From a virus, in IMG/VR virus record IMGVR_UViG_3300048914_000085: a DNA stretch of 42,110 nucleotides. One strand, given 5' to 3'. The notes beneath the pieces are model-generated. The model was not told where the DNA came from. It made no database searches and was given only the letters and a program-made list of their open reading frames with translations. The position numbers and the translations under genes were made by a program. This document shows, piece by piece, positions 39,162 through 42,110 of this stretch (the stretch's first letter is position 1; each line of letters starts with the position of its first letter).

Positions 39162-39808
39162 CACCGCAAGCCGTCCTCATCAACCACGATCGGGGCAGGG
39201 CTGAATGTGCCGTCGCTATTTTCGACAACCGCGCCACAGGCTACGCCGAGGCGGAGAACGTGCGGCTGCATCTTGTCCACGTCCTCTTGCGTCAAATCCC
39301 TGTCGCGATCCCGGTGGTTGAATGCGCGCTCTTCGGCTTCGCGGGCTTCGCGCTCGCGCCGGGCAATCAGTCCAGCTTGTGTCTTGCGCGCCGTGTGCTC
39401 GTCATTCCGGCGCCAGCCAGTCAGCAGTTCCAGACATTCGGCGATGGTCGGAAACCACCGGCATTGCTCCATCGCCTTGTCCGCGATGTGACTGATTGCG
39501 GCATCCGGCAGGTGCCCGAGCTTGCGCTGGTAGGCGGCCACGAACAGTTCGCCACTCACATCATCCGCATTCCGGCGCGGCAGGACCGAGAGCATGATGC
39601 GCAGGCACTTGCTCAGATGCGGCTCAGAACACGGGACGGGTGGCGGGAGCGGTGAGGAGGCGATTGCCTTCACCCGGGCCAGCATCGCGTCGTCCAGACG
39701 TTCCGGCAGGCTCGCCAAGTCCAAGTCGTCGGTCGAGTGCTCGGGCGACCCCATCGCGGCGATCAGGGCCTGCCGATTGACGTGTTCCATGTAGCTCGGT
39801 TCTTCCAT
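39158..39808 (-). CDS. Replication accessory / helicase-loader-like protein (216 aa)
   Basis: Follows the initiator gene. CLRIMLSVLPRRNADDVSGELFVAAYQRKLGHLPDAAISHIADKAMEQCRWFPTIAECLELL resembles G39P-type loader proteins. High third-position GC in this frame across the overlap. Confidence 0.45.
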   Translation of the reverse strand: MEEPSYMEHVNRQALIAAMGSPEHSTDDLDLASLPERLDDAMLARVKAIASSPLPPPVPCSEPHLSKCLRIMLSVLPRRNADDVSGELFVAAYQRKLGHLPDAAISHIADKAMEQCRWFPTIAECLELLTGWRRNDEHTARKTQAGLIARREREAREAEERAFNHRDRDRDLTQEDVDKMQPHVLRLGVACGAVVENSDGTFSPAPIVVDEDGLRW

Positions 39809-40403
39809 TGCCTCGGTTCCATTTCCTGCTGTTCAGTACCCAGGTCTTCCAAGCATCCTGCCAGTCTACGAACCGGCTTCCCTTGGATCGGTGGTGGGCG
39901 GTGAAGTGTTCAACCTGCGTGTCGTACTCGCCGTCAGCCCACGAGGCGGTGATCTCCCCGCACTTGCTGCCGGGTGGCCAGTCATCAGGAACCCAGTCCT
40001 CAGGCATCACGCGCGCGCGCTGTGTTTTTACCTTTGACGGTTCTTGATGGTTCAATGACGGTTTGGGTGCCACTGTGGCGGGGGTGGGGTGACACTGTGG
40101 CGGGGGTGGTGTATCGTCTGTCACCGGTGCCACTGTGGCGGGGGTGACACTGTGGCGGGGGTGGATCACGTAGCGGCACCCCTTGCCGGTGACTTCGATC
40201 CGGGTGAGGTGGCCTTGGTCTTTCAGCGATTGGATCGACCGCTGGACCGACCGCTCACCGATGCACGCCTTGCGCCCGATTGTGGCAATCGAGGGCCAGC
40301 ACTCGCCTTCGTCATTGGCGCAATCGGCCAGCGCGAGAAGCACCAACTTCTCGGTTGACGAAAGGGGAAGTTCCCAAGCGAGCGACATGACCCGAATGCT
40401 CAT
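39624..40403 (-). CDS. Replication initiator with an N-terminal winged-HTH and internal origin iterons (259 aa ORF). The last ~60 codons overlap the next gene.
   Basis: WELPLSSTEKLVLLALADCANDEGECWPSIATIGRKACIGERSVQRSIQSLKDQGHLTRIE is an HTH_36/DnaD-like N-terminal domain. The iterons lie in the linker. Confidence 0.65.
   Translation of the reverse strand: MSIRVMSLAWELPLSSTEKLVLLALADCANDEGECWPSIATIGRKACIGERSVQRSIQSLKDQGHLTRIEVTGKGCRYVIHPRHSVTPATVAPVTDDTPPPPQCHPTPATVAPKPSLNHQEPSKVKTQRARVMPEDWVPDDWPPGSKCGEITASWADGEYDTQVEHFTAHHRSKGSRFVDWQDAWKTWVLNSRKWNRGNGRTELHGTRQSAGPDRRDGVARALDRRLGLGEPAGTSGRRDAGPGEGNRLLTAPATRPVF
40066..40163. repeat. Origin-type iterons: four direct copies of CACTGTGGCGGGGGTG
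   Basis: Copies at 40071-40086, 40093-40108, 40131-40146 and 40148-40163. Copies 1 and 3 are preceded by GGTGC, copies 2 and 4 by GGTGA. A relatively AT-rich stretch lies at 40021-40065. Confidence 0.8.
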
Positions 40404-41053
40404 GCCGCGTCCCCAAGGAACAGGTCGCCTTGACGCTGGGCGTCCTCGATGCGCTTGCAGGCGATTGCGAAATACTTGGGTTCGCGCTCGATGCCGATGA
40501 AGTCGCGGCCCATCTGAACGGCGGCAACTCCGGTTGTCCCGCTGCCCATGAAGGGGTCGAGGATGGTTTGTGGCGCGTCAGGAATGAGGCCGATGCACCA
40601 CTCCATGAGTGGAATCGGCTTTTGGGTAGGGTGTTCTTTCCCCGCGTAGTCGCCAGATGCCAGCGGATCGCGGCGATAGACCTTGGCGTTCAGGTCAAGG
40701 TTGCTCCACGCCACCTCGCACTCGGCGAACGTCCGGTTGCGCATCCCCGCGCCTTTATCCCACACCAGCGGGCAGCGGTGGCTGGGAAGACCGAAGTAGT
40801 TCCCGCCCCACATGATCGCTGGAACGCCCATGGCGGCGAGTTGGTGGATCAGGTCGACCGGAACGGAATCGTCCCACTTGAGGTCGGCAGCGCCACCCCA
40901 CTTGGCGACACCATATTTGCCAACGCCGGAGCTGGCCCCGATCCCATACGGCGGATCAGTCACCACCGCGTCCACCTTGGGCAGCGTCGGGAGAATATCC
41001 CGGCAATCACCGAGCATCAGCGTAGCGCGCCCGATGGTTTCGACGCGGCTCAC
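40400..41053 (-). CDS. Orphan beta-class DNA methyltransferase (DPPY, probably N6-adenine) (217 aa)
   Basis: Motif IV VVTDPPYG near the N-terminus and motif I DPFMGSGTTG near the C-terminus. No adjacent endonuclease. Confidence 0.8.
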   Translation of the reverse strand: MSRVETIGRATLMLGDCRDILPTLPKVDAVVTDPPYGIGASSGVGKYGVAKWGGAADLKWDDSVPVDLIHQLAAMGVPAIMWGGNYFGLPSHRCPLVWDKGAGMRNRTFAECEVAWSNLDLNAKVYRRDPLASGDYAGKEHPTQKPIPLMEWCIGLIPDAPQTILDPFMGSGTTGVAAVQMGRDFIGIEREPKYFAIACKRIEDAQRQGDLFLGDAA

Positions 41054-41421
41054 AGCTTCCCCCCAATCGTGATGGTGAACCCGCCGGTCTTGCTGCGGCC
41101 GATGAACTCGACAGTGGGAGCCATAAAGCGGCGGTCGTTGACGCCAAGGCGATCAGCGATGCCGTCGAGATAGCTCTTGGAAGCGGCTACGATGTTGTCG
41201 CGATCGGGCAACGGGCCAGCAGACTTGCCAGTGACGGCGATGCGCACGGGCAGGGCATTCTCCCCGGCAAACAGCACCGGGTGGTTGAGCGGTAGAACTG
41301 CCAGCGCGGCATGATTTGCCCATGCGCGATGGCGCTTCACCTCGCGCGCCTTCTCGAAGTGGTGGGCGCGTCCGTTGGGGAACAGGGCTTTCACCGGATA
41401 GGGCAGATCCACGGTGATCAT
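41050..41421 (-). CDS. rusA: RusA-family Holliday junction resolvase (123 aa)
   Basis: PDRDNIVAASKSYLDGIADRLGVNDRRF matches the RusA D.DN..K...D......DD motif. Confidence 0.75.
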   Translation of the reverse strand: MITVDLPYPVKALFPNGRAHHFEKAREVKRHRAWANHAALAVLPLNHPVLFAGENALPVRIAVTGKSAGPLPDRDNIVAASKSYLDGIADRLGVNDRRFMAPTVEFIGRSKTGGFTITIGGKL

Positions 41422-41756
41422 GCCGCCGCCTGCTTGCGCGTCAGATGGTCCACGATGGCCGGGTGTTCGCGCCTGATAGCGGCGAGCAAGGCTTGGCAGG
41501 CCGTTGCCACGGAGCGGCGAGCCAAGCGGTCGTGGTCACTGTCCCAGGCGAACTGATCGGGTGACAGGGCTGGGGACTTGGTGATCTCCTCGCGTGCCGT
41601 AACCCGCTTGAGGGCGACGGGTCGCGGGCCAGTCTTGCGCTTCGGGTTCCAGTCGGGGAACTTGCGCTGCACAGCCTGACGGATAAACTCCGGGTCATCG
41701 TCCACAAGGCGGGCGAGGTGGGCAGCCAGTTCGTCGGCGGTAAGGTGCGCGCTCAT
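41418..41756 (-). CDS. Hypothetical protein (112 aa)
   Basis: Track ORF with ATGA coupling. Confidence 0.55.
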   Translation of the reverse strand: MSAHLTADELAAHLARLVDDDPEFIRQAVQRKFPDWNPKRKTGPRPVALKRVTAREEITKSPALSPDQFAWDSDHDRLARRSVATACQALLAAIRREHPAIVDHLTRKQAAA

Positions 41757-41965
41757 TTCCGCTGCGCCTCCGCATAGCCCTTGCGAATGGCCGAGTGGCG
41801 GCGGGTTCCGTCGAGGATGTCCTGCTCCAACGGAGTGACGAACCGGCCATGATAGCCGCGAACCTCGTAGGGGAGGGCATCCATCAGGTCGGCGCGCTTG
41901 AAAAACGTGCCTGCGAGGATGCCGAGCGGCAGCGACAGGGCGAACCAGATGGCAAGGACGATCAT
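41753..41965 (-). CDS. Small membrane protein (70 aa)
   Basis: Track ORF trimmed to MIVLAIWFALSLPLGILAGTFF. Its ATG overlaps the TGA of the junction-spanning gene. Confidence 0.5.
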   Translation of the reverse strand: MIVLAIWFALSLPLGILAGTFFKRADLMDALPYEVRGYHGRFVTPLEQDILDGTRRHSAIRKGYAEAQRK

Positions 41966-42110
41966 TGCACGGCTCCCCGGTGGCGATCGGCTTCCGCCAC
42001 GACCGCGCCGAGCTGGTGAAGCAGCGGGCGGATGGCCTCGGCTAGCGCCAGCGTCTCCACATGATCGCGCTTTCCGTCCGCGAGGGCTTCGGTCCACTGG
42101 CCGGCGAGGT
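41962..42110 (-). CDS. C-terminal end of the junction-spanning HTH protein (same CDS as 1..443)
   Basis: The frame from 443 continues through the repeat to TGA 41962-41964 (...AEADRHRGAVQ*). Confidence 0.7.
   Translation of the reverse strand, partial: LAGQWTEALADGKRDHVETLALAEAIRPLLHQLGAVVAEADRHRGAVQ
41984..42110. repeat. Terminal direct repeat, identical to 1..127
   Basis: Exact 127-nt identity with the window start. Confidence 0.95.

Larger units (their letters stand above)
1..42110. mobile_element. Complete temperate phage genome, circularly permuted at the contig ends (P22-like podovirus virion module, integrase and attP)
   Basis: Contains terminase, portal, scaffold, capsid, gp10-like hub, lysis cassette, repressor/Cro-like pair, integrase and a tRNA-fragment attP. 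The first and last 127 nt are identical. One ORF reads cleanly across the junction. Confidence 0.85.

Noticed and set aside
40066-40163. A CRISPR-like array
   Set aside because: The repeats are only 16-21 bp, with spacings of 17-38 bp. They lie inside a replication initiator ORF and no cas genes are present. Origin iterons are the better explanation.

Overview
The window is a complete, circularly closed temperate phage genome. Nt 1-127 are repeated exactly at 41984-42110, so the unique length is 41,983 nt. The DNA is visibly GC-rich and genes are tightly packed, with many ATGA, GTGA and TGATG start/stop overlaps.

Two divergent transcription blocks leave an immunity region at about 1.4-3.0 kb and converge on a shared hairpin terminator at 13643-13668.

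Plus-strand block (1497-13642):
- a CI-like XRE repressor plus three small membrane or coiled-coil genes
- a rightward early operon with an ERF annealing protein, a YqaJ-type exonuclease, a short protein with an SSB-like tail, and a DUF968/HNH-like protein
- a tyrosine integrase next to an attP that carries the 3' half of tRNA-Val(CAC)
- about 14 small hypothetical genes and two atypical tRNA genes

Minus-strand block (from 1424, across the contig junction, down to 13668):
- a Cro-like gene and other HTH proteins
- RusA and a DPPY DNA methyltransferase
- a replication initiator with internal iterons, and a loader-like protein
- TerS and TerL
- an unusual five-gene insertion ahead of the portal gene
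- portal, scaffold, an N4-gp56-type major capsid protein and a P22 gp10-like hub
- putative ejection proteins, an M15 peptidase and fibre genes
- a lysis cassette with a GH24 endolysin and embedded spanins
- a signal-peptide-bearing beta-helix depolymerase

Most interesting candidates:
- the repressor-linked membrane cassette, which sits in the position lambda uses for rexAB
- a sulfotransferase-like/GNAT fusion inside the virion operon
- the module between terL and portal, with three paralogous anchor domains
- the secreted paralogue of the virion depolymerase
- an SSB-tail mimic
- the two noncanonical tRNAs

All family names come from motif recognition by eye. No database search was run.
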